Positions 1-12,799 of a stretch of 64,000 bases of DNA are shown here, in pieces. The stretch is from the NCBI GenBank assembly GCA_964016885.1, contig OZ024743.1, positions 158,224,001 to 158,288,000 on the forward strand, written 5' to 3'. This stretch comes from Eledone cirrhosa (lineage: Eukaryota). The position numbers and the translations under genes are program-made. Position 1 is the first letter of the stretch; every line of letters begins with the position of its first letter. The notes below the pieces were generated by a model that saw only the letters and a program-made list of their open reading frames with translations, was not told where the DNA came from and searched no databases.

Positions 1-807
1 AAGTAATTCTTTTCCTTTTTTCAAAAATACCTAACTGTACCAAAGATTTCACACTTTTTCCAATATATATATATATATATAGCCCATGCAAACATGGCAT
101 GGAAAAGTGTATGTAAAAAGGATGATGATGATGATGATGATAACATATGTGTGGGAAGAGGAGTGTGTGTGTGTGTGTAATTAAGTTACATAAGTTACAA
201 CTTAGAATTGTTTACTCGTTCTAAAAATAAGATACAACAGTAAGGAAATATGGCAGCATAAATAAATGACCAATTCCTCGACCATCCTCTCCATTCTCTT
301 TCTGTATGTTGTAGTGTATGTGTCTGTGCAAGCGTTTGTAAGAAGGCAGCTGGGAGGGGATGTTACTCAATAACATCCCTTCCCAGCTGCCTTCTCAATT
401 TCTTTCTTTTTTATTTTTACTCTTTATTTATTTATTTATTTATTTATTCTTGCTTAATGATGGATTCTTCACTGAAAATCTAAACACACATGCTCACACA
501 CAGAGAGACATTCAAAAACCAGCACACACATACACACACACACACACACATACATACGTACACACTCATAAACACAAACATACACACTGATGCATATTTA
601 CAAATGTACACTTACAAACACTTGCACAGACACATACACTACAACAGACATACACACACAGACAGACATTCACACACATACACACACACACATAAAAAGA
701 AACCCTCAGACTTTTTTAACGACTGGAAGAATATTTAGTAAGAATAATATTAGAATTCCTAACTTTTAGGGAGCAGTTTAATGTCGGCTACCTCTGTTAT
801 CTTCATA

Positions 808-960
808 TCTGAGTTCAAATCACACCAAGATCCACATTGTCTTTCATCCTTCTGAGATTGATAAAATAAAGTATCGGTCAAGTTCTGGGGTTGATATAAA
901 CAACTTTTTCTCCCCTGTCATAAATTTGCTGGCCTTCTGCCAACATTAGAAACCATTATC
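808..960 (+). mobile_element. 5'-truncated tRNA-derived SINE (MetaSINE/Sauria-like core)
   Basis: B-box-like tctgagttcaaatc, core ctttcatccttctgagattgataaaataaagta and 3' end ggccttctgccaacattagaaaccatt; same family as 12578-12765. Confidence 0.7.
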
Positions 961-2214
961 GTCATTATTCAAAATATAATCCATGGCGGAAACAGTAGGA
1001 TGATGAACAAAGTCTTTTGCAGCATTTAGTTATGGCCCTTTATGTTCTCAGTCCAATTACAACCATGTTTCTTGTTATTTTACTTCAAAGGCATCCCAAC
1101 TGTAGCATACTAATCTCAATGTATGTACAGGACTGTCTCCATAAGATACTTAAAATAACAGTATTTGTTTGTAAGTATGACAGTAAAATGCTAATAACCT
1201 CTCAGGTTAGTGGACTTGTTATGTAATAAATATTTCTTTCTATGAAAACATCTTCTGAAAGTAAAACAAACTCACCAATCTCGAGCAATGAAGGAAAGCT
1301 CTCTGCCTTCAAAATTAACAGTAACTGAATTTAAGATGGCTGAAAGGTTTCAGAAGGGATCACACAGGAAAGGACTTAGAAAGTATATGTTTCCCTGAGA
1401 GTTTCTTTCTTTCTTTCTTGTCCTTTTTACTGAATTGGTGGTGATATGATCAAATTTTTTTTTATCCCCTTCACATAACAGTTTATGAAATAGAGGAGAA
1501 AATTCATCTAATCTAAAGAGATGGAAGGTAAAATTGGCTTTGGTAAGATTTGAACCCAGGCTGCAAAGAGTCAAATCAAATACATACCGTAAGGTATTCT
1601 ATTCAATGTTCAAATGACTCTGTCAATTCACTGCCTTCACAAGTTTCCATTTCCTACTTCCTGAAACAAAAAGATAAGATAGTCATGTTTAGAATACCTT
1701 TGGGGTTAACCTGGAGCTGATCAACACCAATATCAACTATAATTCACTTTTAAATATATATAATGTTTCTCTGTGGTTCTTATAGTCTGGTTTCAAGTTT
1801 TCCTCATATCATTTGACAAACAAAGCATTGGGAGGACTCTTCGATTATGTCAAAGGTATGACAACCTCACTAGTGTTGGGGATTTACATGACAAATACAA
1901 CCAGTACACATTGTAAGATGGTTGGTGATTGGAAGGGCAAACAAAAAGTATGGAGGACTCTTCATTCGTCATGACAACTTCCCTAGTGTTGATGATTTAC
2001 ACTATAAATGCACCCAGTACACTCTGTAGAGAGATTTGTGATAGGATGGGCATCTAGCTGTGGAAAACCTGCCAAACTTCCTAATACTGGTGCCTCAATA
2101 AAATGTGCTTTGTGCAGAATAGGAACGTTTTGTATGTGCAATGCAGGTCTTCAGCCTGCCTGAAGACCTGGTAAACTGCAGAAATGTAAGTAAGCAAAAT
2201 GGAGAGGATGCAAC

Positions 2215-3153
2215 ATGGATCTATCCAAATCGTTTATTTGTGGCTGTTTACTTTATTACTTTCAATCTGGCCTAAGCACAGCAGCATTGAGTCATCACAT
2301 TAACAATGCATTCGGGTCACACACCATGTCTGAATGCAGTGCCAGGGACTGGTTTGCACACTTCTATTCTAGTGATTATGGGCTTGAAGATCGACTTCCA
2401 TTCGACTTCAATGACAAACAACTGCATGAGCTGGTGGAAGCCAACCCACACCAGACATCATGTCAACTCTCCAAAGTGTTTGGGGCATTGAAAACAACCA
2501 TACTCAACCATTTGCATGCAATAGGGAAGGTGTCCAAGCTGAACCAATGGGTACCCCACAATCTGACTGATCATAATCATGAATGTCAGGTGGCAATAGC
2601 GATTTCTCGTCTACCATCGCACAACCAACTGGTTACATTTCATTGTCCCTGGTGATGGAAAATGGTGTCTCTACATTGAGGACGAGTGCAAATGATTGTT
2701 GGCCTCCACACTCACAAGATCCAAGTGAGCCTCTGGTGGGACTGGAAAGGTGTCATCCACTATGAGCTGTTCCCACCAAACACCAGCATATTCTCTGATG
2801 TTTATTGCCAACAACTTGAAAGATTAGCCGTGAAAATCACACAGGTGTACCCACACCATGGTTCTGTACAATTCTTTCATGATAACACTCAGTTACATAC
2901 TTCAGGGATGACCTGTGAAAAGCTGCTGGAGCTAGGTTGGGAGGTTCTGCTTCACCCTCTGTATTCAACTGACTATCACCTTTTTCTCTCAATGAGCAAG
3001 GCAATGCAGTCAAAGACATTCACCATCAAAGACCAGTGGCTGATGGAATTCTTTACATTGAAAACAGAAGAATTCTACAGTGATGGAATCATGTGCCTTC
3101 TTAAACAATTAAAGATGGTAATCGTAAATGATGGCATTTATTTTGACTTGTAA
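2215..3153 (+). mobile_element. Degenerate mariner transposase (frameshifted)
   Basis: WVPHNL, WWDWKGVIHYELFP, FFHDN and HPLYS-TDYHLF (PDLAP part deleted) across two frames; no TIRs recognised. Confidence 0.88.
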
Positions 3154-4226
3154 ACATCCGTATATTTTTCTACAATTATTCAGATCCCCTTTCTCTTTCT
3201 TCTCTTCCTCGTTCCCCTTCCCCCCCCCCTCCTCCTCCTTCTCATCCTCATCATCACCTCATCATCATCATCATCATCATCTCATCATTAACATTTCATG
3301 TCCAGTTTTTATGCTGGCATAGGTTAAACATCTCATTATATTACAAGACTAAATAAACAATAAATAAAGAAAGAAATCATTATATTACAAGAGTATTCTT
3401 ATTCAGAATTTCTAGCCTTCTTGATGAGACCACATCTCACTCATACAATATCCTGTTATTCTTTTACTGGTTTCAGTCATTAGACTGCAGTCATACTGGG
3501 GCACCACTATCAAGGGATTTAATTGATTATATCAACCTCAATTTGTTTTTCTTTCAAGTATATATATGTGTAACTATATTCAGTAACTACATAGATTCAT
3601 TCATGCAAGTGTCTTATATTTAGAATGGTTTTTAATTCCATTTATATTCATTCTATTTATGGTAGAATTAAGTTCACAGCACACCAACACCATTCTCTAT
3701 CTGTCTATCTATTTACCTATCTGCCAGCTGACGTCACAGTTCTAAATCTCTTCATTTCTATTAAATCTTTCATAGAAAGCACTGAAGAAAACAACAACAA
3801 CAATAACAAAATCAAGAAAAATATTTTATTCATATATACATACACATACATAAACATATTTTGATACATCCACTTAAAAACATGTATGTATGTATGTAGG
3901 TAGGTAGGTTGGTATGTATGTATGTATGTATGTATATGCATGTATGTATGTATATATGTATGTAGGTAGGTTGGTAGGTTGGTATGACTATATACATATA
4001 TATATATATGTATTGGAAATGCACATATATGTATATTAGCATGAATGTGAATGTATATGAGTATGTGAGCTTCATATTGATTTAATGGTGCTATATGCAA
4101 TAAAAACAAAATATAGATTAAATGTACAGGCCTGTAAATGATGGAATGCTCCAGAAATTCTTCCTCCAATTATTGACTTTCAGCTTGTTTAGTCGTTTCT
4201 CTTGTTTGTACCGTTATATATATATA

Positions 4227-4333
<107 letters not shown>

Positions 4334-4360
4334 GTATATGTCTAAGATATATATATATAT

Positions 4361-5421
4361 GTCTAAGACTAAAGTTCTAGTTTGTAGGAAGGAAAATAGG
4401 GCACCGGTCCCATCTGGGAAATGGCCATGCTCAGTGTGTAGGAAAGGAGTAGGCAGAAACTCCATTTTATGTCCCAAATGCAAAGTATGGGTGCATAAAA
4501 GATGTAGTGGGATCACGGGTAAGCTAACTAAGAATATAGATTTTATATGTGGCCGGTGCTCTGGTGCAATAAGTAGCAGCAAGAGCCCACAGAATACTAG
4601 CTCATTCCATTGCACAGATGGTTCTATAGAAATAGTGGACAGCTTCCGTTACCTGGGTGACAAAATCAGCAGTGGGGGAGGGTGCTCTGAAAGTACAGTA
4701 GCTAGAGTCAGAACTGGATGGAAAAAGTTCAGAGAGCTTATACCACTATTGGCCGCTAAAGGTTCTCTCTAAAAATGAAAGGCAGGCTGTATGATGCCTG
4801 CATACGAACACCAATGTTACATGGCAGTGAGACCTGGGCATTCTGTGCAGAGGATATACGCAGACTGGAGAGAAACGAAGCTTGCATGCTCCGCTGGATG
4901 TGTAATAGTAATATATGTGAACAGCAAAGCATAAACGAACTCAGGGAGAAATTAGGAATAAGAGGGATCAGATGTTGTTTACTCGAGAGAAGACTACGTT
5001 GGTACGGTCACGTGATGTGCATGAAAGATGACAGCTGTATAAAAAGTGCAGGGCGATAAAAATAGACGGTAGCCACGGAGTAGGCAGACCCAGAAAAACC
5101 TGGGACGACTTGATAAATTCCGACCTCACACACTTACACCTCTCCAAGACAATGTCACTGGACCGAGATCTTTGGCGCTACACAGTTATACAGAAGACCC
5201 ACCTTGCCTAAGTACAAAGCGAAACCTACAGTCAGTAGGCACCTCTAACAAAATACACCCCCATCCCACTACCCCCACCCTATCCACACCACCCCCTTAA
5301 ATGTGAAGTTATGTTGGTACCACAACATCCAGTCCGAAACAAATGAGGTCGTGTAGGTGTCACAACAAAAAAACACAGTCCACACTGTAATGTGGCCGTG
5401 TAGGTAACACGGTAAAAACCT

Positions 5422-5423
<2 letters not shown>
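4361..5423 (+). mobile_element. 5'-truncated RTE-clade LINE with a PHD finger inside the RT C-terminus, plus 3' UTR
   Basis: KTKVLV...C4HC3...IEIVDSFRYLG, MLHGSETW, RRLRWYGHV, GRPRKTW; 5' end abuts (TA)n; 3' UTR shared with 48590-48830. Confidence 0.9.
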
Positions 5424-5471
<48 letters not shown>

Positions 5472-5647
5472 GGATCCGCTAAGGTGAAACAATTGTTCTC
5501 GGTATGGTGAACTAACTGTTGTGTAACCACTTCTACCTAACTCGTCCCATGGACTGAGTGCTCTACCACTACGGATATTACCTACCAGTGTTCTACCACT
5601 ATATATATATAAATATATATACATATAGGAAAATGTTTGACCCCGAC

Positions 5648-5729
5648 AGCAGAGCTCAAGCTGTTTCGACAGCTATTTCTGGACCGAAATAGAGTCCAGA
5701 AATAGTCATCGAAACAGCTTGAGCTCTGC
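5648..5729. repeat. Fold-back palindrome built from the 3' half of a hammerhead-like motif
   Basis: gcagagctcaagctgtttcga..ctatttctggac / gtccagaaatag..tcgaaacagcttgagctctgc. Confidence 0.8.
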
Positions 5730-5850
5730 CGTATATATATCGTGAATTGAAGTTCACAGGGGAGCAGGCATTCGATTCATGAACATCGCTGTTTGCCAGT
5801 TCCCTTGTCGCTTCAATTTTGGATTACCTCCTTGATTGTAACCTTATTAT

Positions 5851-5940
5851 GTAAGATGCTGTCTGATGAGATCATGGCACTGGGTACTACACCAAATCTT
5901 CTGGCCACTGTCATCATCGAAATATGTATCACAGCCTTAT
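5851..5940 (+). ncRNA. Type I hammerhead ribozyme
   Basis: stem I gctgt/acagc; CTGATGA 5863-5869; stem II gatcatggca/tgtcatcatc; GAAA 5919-5922; short stem III tatgta; NUH=ATC; aataaa just downstream. Confidence 0.78.
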
Positions 5941-6104
5941 CAATAAAGGACTTTATCATATAAACTTTGTATTTATGTTTTGTGTTTAATTTCATTGTTT
6001 TAATATTTCTATATATATATATATATAATATAATAGAAATATATATATATAGAAATATTATAACAATGAAATTAAACACAAAACTGTTAATTCATAGTGA
6101 AACA

Positions 6105-6242
6105 CATTATTTTACGATCGTTTCTGGGGGGTAGTCGTCTGAATGTTCATTCAATTATTGATCTATGTAAAACATATTACAAAATATCATAGTAAAAAAA
6201 AAATACATACGTCTTCACTACCCGCCGTCTTCAGAAATAATG
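6105..6242 (-). ncRNA. Type I hammerhead ribozyme
   Basis: minus strand: cattattt CTGAAGA c ggcgggtagt...actacccccc a GAAA cgatcg TA aaataatg; perfect 8-bp stem I, palindromic stem III, GUA site. Confidence 0.8.
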
Positions 6243-6367
6243 AGTTTTGTTTATTGAAGAATACAAATATACATATGAAGAAAAAACATACATATGAATA
6301 AGTAAGGTTTTATAACCAGGTTGAAATTGACTATTGTTAAGAATGGAAAGGGGCAGTATAAATCCTT

Positions 6368-6414
<47 letters not shown>

Positions 6415-6611
6415 GAGTATGTGTTGGTTGTTTACCGACACTTCAGTATGCAGGTTGGAGGACTCAATGAAGTGCACAGGTTGGTCTGTTTACTCCAGAA
6501 TAAACAGTTCCTTAAATGACTAACAACACACTCTGGATCTGAACACATCAATTAATTAACAAGGTAAAATCTATTACAACATTATGTTTTCGTGTTTTTT
6601 CTGTTCAAGTT

Positions 6612-6676
6612 CTTACAGCCTGATGAAGTCATAGCTGTTGAATAATGGCTATCACTGAAATATATATAGCAGTGAA
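6612..6676 (+). ncRNA. Degenerate type I hammerhead ribozyme
   Basis: ttacagc CTGATGA a gtcatagc...gctatcac t GAAA tatata TA gcagtga; mismatches in stems I and II. Confidence 0.6.
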
Positions 6677-6724
6677 TGTGAATAAGCAAAGCTAATTTTA
6701 CCCTATTGACTTACACTTCTTGTT

Positions 6725-6776
<52 letters not shown>

Positions 6777-6799
6777 CACAGTATACATACATACTTCCT

Positions 6800-8640
6800 T
6801 CATCATCATCATCATCATCATTTTTCATCCGCTTTTCCCCGCTTGCAAGGGTGGGACCGGTCTATTGAGCACAGCATCTCTCCACTTGTCACAGTCCTTC
6901 GTCATCTCCCCCGTGAGCTTCAGCGAGCTGAGGTCTGCTTTCACCACCTCTGCCCATGTTTTTCGTGGTCTTCCTTTACTGCGTCTTCCTTCTACTGGGA
7001 TTTCTTGGCACTTCTTTACCCAGCGGTCATCTTCCATCCACATCACATGGCCACACAAATGTCTTCTCTCCTGCACACTACAGTTTATTCCTCTTATACC
7101 CAGTTTCTCTCTCAACTCATCTATGCTTGGTCACTCACGCACATTGACATTACACATCCAATGGAGTATGCTTGCTTCATTTATCTCCAGCCGTCGCATA
7201 TCCTCTGTAGTTGCTGCCCATGTCTCACTACCATGCAGCATCGTGCATCTCACACAGGCATCATATAACCGGCCTTTCATATGCAGGGAGAAACCCTTCT
7301 TTGTCAACAAAGGAAGCAGCTCCCTAAACTTCTTCCAACCCGTCCTTATTCTAGATACTATGGCCTCGGAACACTCCTCTCTCGTGCTAATCTGATCAAC
7401 TAGGTACCGGAAGCTATCAACCACTTCTATAGAACCCACCTGCATTGGAAAAATGTGTCTATCACTGCGATTACTACTGTCAACTTTCTCTGTACATCTA
7501 CTCATACATAGTTTTCCCTACCTGTTAATTTGCCTGCTGTCCCATACATCTCTTGTGTACCCAAGATCTGCATTGCGTACATTTTATAAAATTTATGCCA
7601 GTTCCTCTCTTGCTTACTGAGATGTCACTGGCGACTAATCTATGCTGTGAGGTACACTTTTCCTCAGGGTATGCCTTAGTATTTGACACCTTCTGTCTGT
7701 CTCGCTGCCTAACTAGCAAGAAGTCAATCTGGCTTATGTACTCACCTGATTTGTAGGTTATTAGGTGGTTGGTAGGTTTCTTGAAGTTAGTGTTGCAAAT
7801 GGTTAGTGCACTTGCATCACAAAATTCAAGAAGCCTCACTCCTTCTTCATTTCTTCAGCCATAACCATGCTCACCATGTACCTCAGTGTATCCATCCTGG
7901 AGCTGCCCAACATGACCATTGAAGTCTCCTGCTAGCATAACGATGTCTCCATCCTCTGTCATTGTGACTGTTTGTAAAAGTTGCTCATAAAAGCAGTCTT
8001 TCTCTTCTTTACCTAGGCCTGCCTGGGGAGCATAGGTAGAGATGATTGTCAGTAGTCTCTTGTCTACAACTAATCTAAGCTTAATTATTCTATTACTAAC
8101 TCTAACTACCTCTATTGTCTTATCGATCCAGCTCTCAGCCAGTAAAATGCCTACGCCACCTAACCCATCATCATTACCCACCCAGAAAAGCTTATAACTA
8201 AGATGTTTGCCTGCGATTAGTCTTCCAGAGGCACCTCTCCATCTCACCTCTTGCACACAGCACACATCCACATGCCTTCTCTCCAGCATCTCCACTATCT
8301 CACCAGATCTACCCGTTAGAGTGCCAACATTAAGTGTGGCAACTCTGAGATGTGACGTCTTCATATTCTTGTCCTTGTTCCTGTTGTGCAATTGCTTGAT
8401 GACAGTCGGGGGGGGGGGGTTCTCACACATGGCCACACCAGCCACCCCACTACCGTGTGCAGCCCTAACATGGTTAGTGTTATTGCTGTTTACGCAGTTG
8501 CTGCAATTCTCATTTTTTGTGGTCATAGTTGTATATATACTGGTTGGATGCCCTTCCTAACACCAGAACCACTTTACAGCATGGACTGGGTGCTTTTATT
8601 TGTGCCACCAACACTAGAGAGGTTGTCTTACTGGACTTAG
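6800..8640 (-). mobile_element. Internally deleted RTE LINE (5' UTR, APE, PHD remnant, 3' end, (GAT)n tail)
   Basis: ATLNVGTL, CCVQEVRW, GDFNGHVG, IDFLLV, HRLV (APE); KCTQCRSWVHKRC; LHGSETW; GRPRKTW; RT core absent (deletion near 7612). Confidence 0.9.
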
Positions 8641-9009
8641 GGCCCTATCCACAAATGGAAAAAATCGATAAACACCTTTAATTGATTTTTAGATTTGATT
8701 GTCTGCATATATGTATATTTAAGATGTAATATAACTGAAATAGTATTATTTTGGTCTATTCTTAAATTTTTACTACTCCCATTAATTAATTAAATTAATC
8801 TAGGTAGAGTTGTTTTTATTTAGAGGTTTTTTATGAGTCTATTTCTAGCTTCCCTTTTAACCACTGGCTTTTTGACATCAGACCTACTGTAAAGCACATG
8901 GAATTTTATTTATTATATTAGAGTGTGTTTTGGGCTGAAATATGGTTATTGCTGTCTAGATATGTAACAGCATTTTCATGTAAAATCCATAAGGTATGTT
9001 TTAAGATAT

Positions 9010-9102
9010 TGCTTACTGATGAGTTTTCAGCGTCTTAATTTTTTAATTAATTATCTTAAACAATATCTATTTCTTTGCTGGAATGAAACCGTGGTATAAG
9101 CA
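9010..9102 (+). ncRNA. Type I hammerhead ribozyme
   Basis: tgctta CTGATGA g ttttcagc...gctggaa t GAAA ccgtgg TA taagca; 6-bp stem I, GUA site. Confidence 0.8.
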
Positions 9103-9318
9103 CGAATTTGTAAGTGAAATTATATTTTTGTTTTAAAATGTATTTTTGGCTTACAATGCTTACTTTTAATATACTGTAAATTTTTCCACCTAAATGTAAT
9201 TTTGGAAATATGAAGCTTTACAAATTATAGTTTTTAGCCTATATAGTATTTGAGCTATTTAAGGTGTTATATGACTGAAATAGTTTTATTTTAGTCTATT
9301 ATTATTATCATTATTATT

Positions 9319-12300
9319 GTTCTTTGAGTCTCAGTCATTGATGTTAGTTAACTGGAAAGTTTGTTGAAATGAATATCAAGCCACTACCTGCAGCCTCAGA
9401 TATTCAGGACGTATCGGAGTGTTCTTGCTGTTCCCAGTAAGCATGCCTTTTGAAGTGTTCCAAAGGGCGGGGCTAGGCCAATTTTATTTAACAATCCCTG
9501 GAAACTTTTTGAGATAGTACCTAGTGCGCCTATGATAATCGGGACCACTTTGACTTCATGGCAGTTCAAAATCCTTTTTACCTCCCACTTTAAGTCCTGG
9601 TATCGGTTAATTTTCTCCCTCTCCTTCTCTTGCACTCTCGTGTCGAATGGGCAGGCCACATTCACAATCAGGCACGATCTTTTTTCCTTGTCCCAAACTA
9701 TCAGGTCAGGCCTATTGTGTTCCAGTTTCTTGTCCGTCTGTATCCTAAAATCCCATAGCACCTTCACCTGATCGTTTTCTATCACCGACTCTGGCTTATG
9801 CTCATACCACTTCGCAGAATGTGGTAAATTGTTTACTTTGCATAGATTCCAGTGGATCACCCTGCCCATCACATCATGTCTCCAGCCTTTATAGTGAGTC
9901 TGGGCTAGGTGTTTACACTCGGATACAATGTGAGCCACAGTCTCCTCTCTCTCTCCACAGATCCTGCACAGTGGGCTAGCCTCCTTCTTGTAAATATGGT
10001 GTTTCAGCCACTTCGTTTTGAGGGCCTGCTCTTGCGCAGCCATTAGCATTCCTTCTGTAGCCTTTTTAAGGTCTCCTCTTCTCAACCAGTTCCATGTCTG
10101 TGGATCTCTGAATTCCGTTTTCTCAAAGAAGGTACTATGAAGGAATTTTTCATGAAGGTTGCTCTTTCACCTTGTTGTTATTTCCTCCTTGGACATCCCC
10201 TGGTCTATTGTCCTCTCCTTCAGTACAATTCTGAGCATTGGTTCCTTACTATCAGTCACGTATTTGTGTAGGTTGTTTTTCTCCATCTGAACACAGTCCT
10301 CTATGCTGATAAGACCTCTCCGCCTTCAGATCTCTTTAAGTAGAGTCTATTGACCCCTCTTGTGGAACATGTTGTAGATAGTCAATAGCTTCCTAGTCTT
10401 CCTATCGATTTCTTTTTTTTCAACAACATTCCATCTCAGAATTCCTGCACTGTACCTAATAATAGACACAGCTCTGGAATTTACTGCACTTATGGCATTC
10501 CTACTGTTCAGATGTGACTTTAATACGCTCCTTACTCTCCAAATGTATTCAGATCTTATCAATTCCTTCATGTTTTTGTTCTTGATGTCATCAGCCTTCA
10601 GAATACCCAAATACTTGGATCCTTCTTCAGTGTCAATTTCCTTTATCATCTCACCTGTTGGTACCTGGATTCCGTTGCTTCTGCTCAATTTACCCCTCTT
10701 CATCACAAGGACTCCACACTTACTAATACCAAATTGCATACATATATCATTGCTGAAAATATGGACAGTGTCAACAAGCACATCCAACTCCTTCTCACTC
10801 TTCCCGAAGAGCTTAAGATCGTCCATGAAGAGGAGGTGATTGATGGTAAGCTCTCCCTTTCCCAACTTGTATCCTGCTCTCACTTTTCGCAGTATAATGG
10901 TCAGGGGCATCAGGGCAAGGACAAACAACAGAGGGGACAGACTATCTCCCTGGAAGATACCTCTCTTGATCTTCACGCCTCCCAAGGATTCTCCAGCCGA
11001 TGTTAATTCTGTTTTCCAGGACTTCATACTTTTGCTCAACAACTGTCTGATGTTATCTGCCACCTTGAAGATCACTAGGCTTTTGGTGATCCAAGAATGA
11101 GGCACCATGTCAAATGCCTCTTTGTAGTCTATCCATCCCATGGCAAGACGAGTGTGTCTCCTCTTGCAATTCCTCATTACCATCTTATCAATAAGTAACT
11201 GGTCCTTTGTACCACGGGACTTCTTTCGGCATCCTTTCTGTTCGTCTGGTAACAAGTTGTTTGTGTGGAGGTAATGGTAGATTTCCTCAGACACAATGCT
11301 TGTCAACAGTTTCCACATTACGGACAGACATGTGATAGGTCTATAGTTGGTAACATCATTACCCTTGATTCGGTCTTTCATTACCAGAACTGTGGTACCT
11401 TTTGTCAACCACTCTGGTACCTCACCTGACATCAAGCAGTCATTGAACATGGTTGTCAGTTTCGGGTGGAGGGATGTTACATTTTTAATCCAATACCCCT
11501 GCACACCATCTGGGCCTGGTGATTTCCAGTTGGTTAGTTTTTTGGCCTGCCCCTTAAGAGTTTCAACTGTGATACTCAAATCAGTTTGTTGGTGTGCTTG
11601 TTCACTAATCTCCTTTTGTACTGTCTCAATCCACACTACCTGATCATTATGTTTAACATCCTGCTCCCATATTCCTCTCCAGAATGTTTTAGTTTGTTCC
11701 GCCTCAGGGATCAAGTTGTTGCTTGTTTCTTTCCCTTCAAGCTGTCCAAACAACATCTTCTGGTTGTTGTCAAACATGCTGTTCTGTCTATACTGACTGA
11801 CTCTGCTCTCGTATCGCCTAATCTTTGCGCTCTTTGCTACAATACGTTGCTTCAGTTCCTCTATGATAATATTTAGCTTTTTCCTCCTAGTTTTGTACTT
11901 TATTTCCAGTCTATTTTTAGTGTCTATGATTTTTAGTGTCCCATTCAGTAGAGACTCAAGCTTTCATGTCATTTCTCATTTCCCTGATTTGACCATTCAG
12001 TTGTTTCTTCCACCAAGGTTCTGATCTTTCTTGTTTGTTGTTTCCTCTCGCTTTTATACCAAGTAATTTCCTCACGGCATTTGCTGTTGCTTTGAGGATA
12101 TTGTTGCACTGGTGAAGGCTCCTCGCCTCAAGGTATGGGATGACTTTGTTTACCTTAGCTGTTGTTTCTTTTAAATTTTTCTTGTCTACAAATCTTAGGT
12201 TCATAGGTTTCCCACTATCATTGTTCATTTCATCTACCACTATGTTTAGGATATCAACCAACTCTTGTCCTAGCCCATCAGCATCCATCTCCTCAATGGC

Positions 12301-12535
12301 CGTATCTTTGTTCCAGGTATTATTTATTTCAGCATTCAGATCATTGTCTGCTTCGGATGGTTCCTCCGTTCTCTCAACCTCTTCACCTTCATTTCCCACT
12401 GGCTCATTTGCCTGGCATACTCCACTCTCCATTTCCAACCTAATCTCTCTGCTCAGTTCCTCCAGTTCCAGCTCGCTTATCCACCCATTAGTTCTTATTA
12501 CCCGAGCCTGCCCAGCCAATTTTTGTTCATCTAAT
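9319..12535 (-). mobile_element. Dong/R4-clade non-LTR retrotransposon (family A), 5'-truncated, disrupted
   Basis: RT (KSPGPDG, GIFQGDSLSP, LFMDDLKL), CCHC (CRIC..ETVAHIVSEC), REL endonuclease (RHD, NRPDLIV); (TAA)n at both ends. Confidence 0.93.
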
Positions 12536-12577
12536 TTAAATTATTATTATTATTAAATTACTATTATTATTATTATT

Positions 12578-12765
12578 GGCGGTGGATTGGCAGTATCGGT
12601 AGAGGGTCAGATGCCATGCTTTCCAGCATAGTTACGTCCCTTTACGATCTGAGTTCAAATCCCTCCGAGGTTGACTTTGCCTTTCATCCTTACGGGGTCG
12701 ATAAAATAAAGTACCAGTAATGCACTGGGTAATTGCTGGCCTTGTGCCTAAAGTAGAAACAATTA
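12578..12765 (+). mobile_element. Full-length tRNA-derived SINE with MetaSINE/Sauria-like core and (ATT)n tail
   Basis: A-box-like tggcagtatcgg, B-box gagttcaaatc, core gttgactttgcctttcatccttacggggtcgataaaataaagtaccag; flanked by (ATT)n. Confidence 0.85.
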
Positions 12766-12799
12766 TTATTATTATTATTATTATTAATATTATTATTAC

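Noticed and set aside
360-738. HT/YI/CV-rich ORFs here and at 3717, 27270-27765, 47179 and 59161
   Set aside because: Produced by (CA)n, (TA)n and (TATG)n microsatellites
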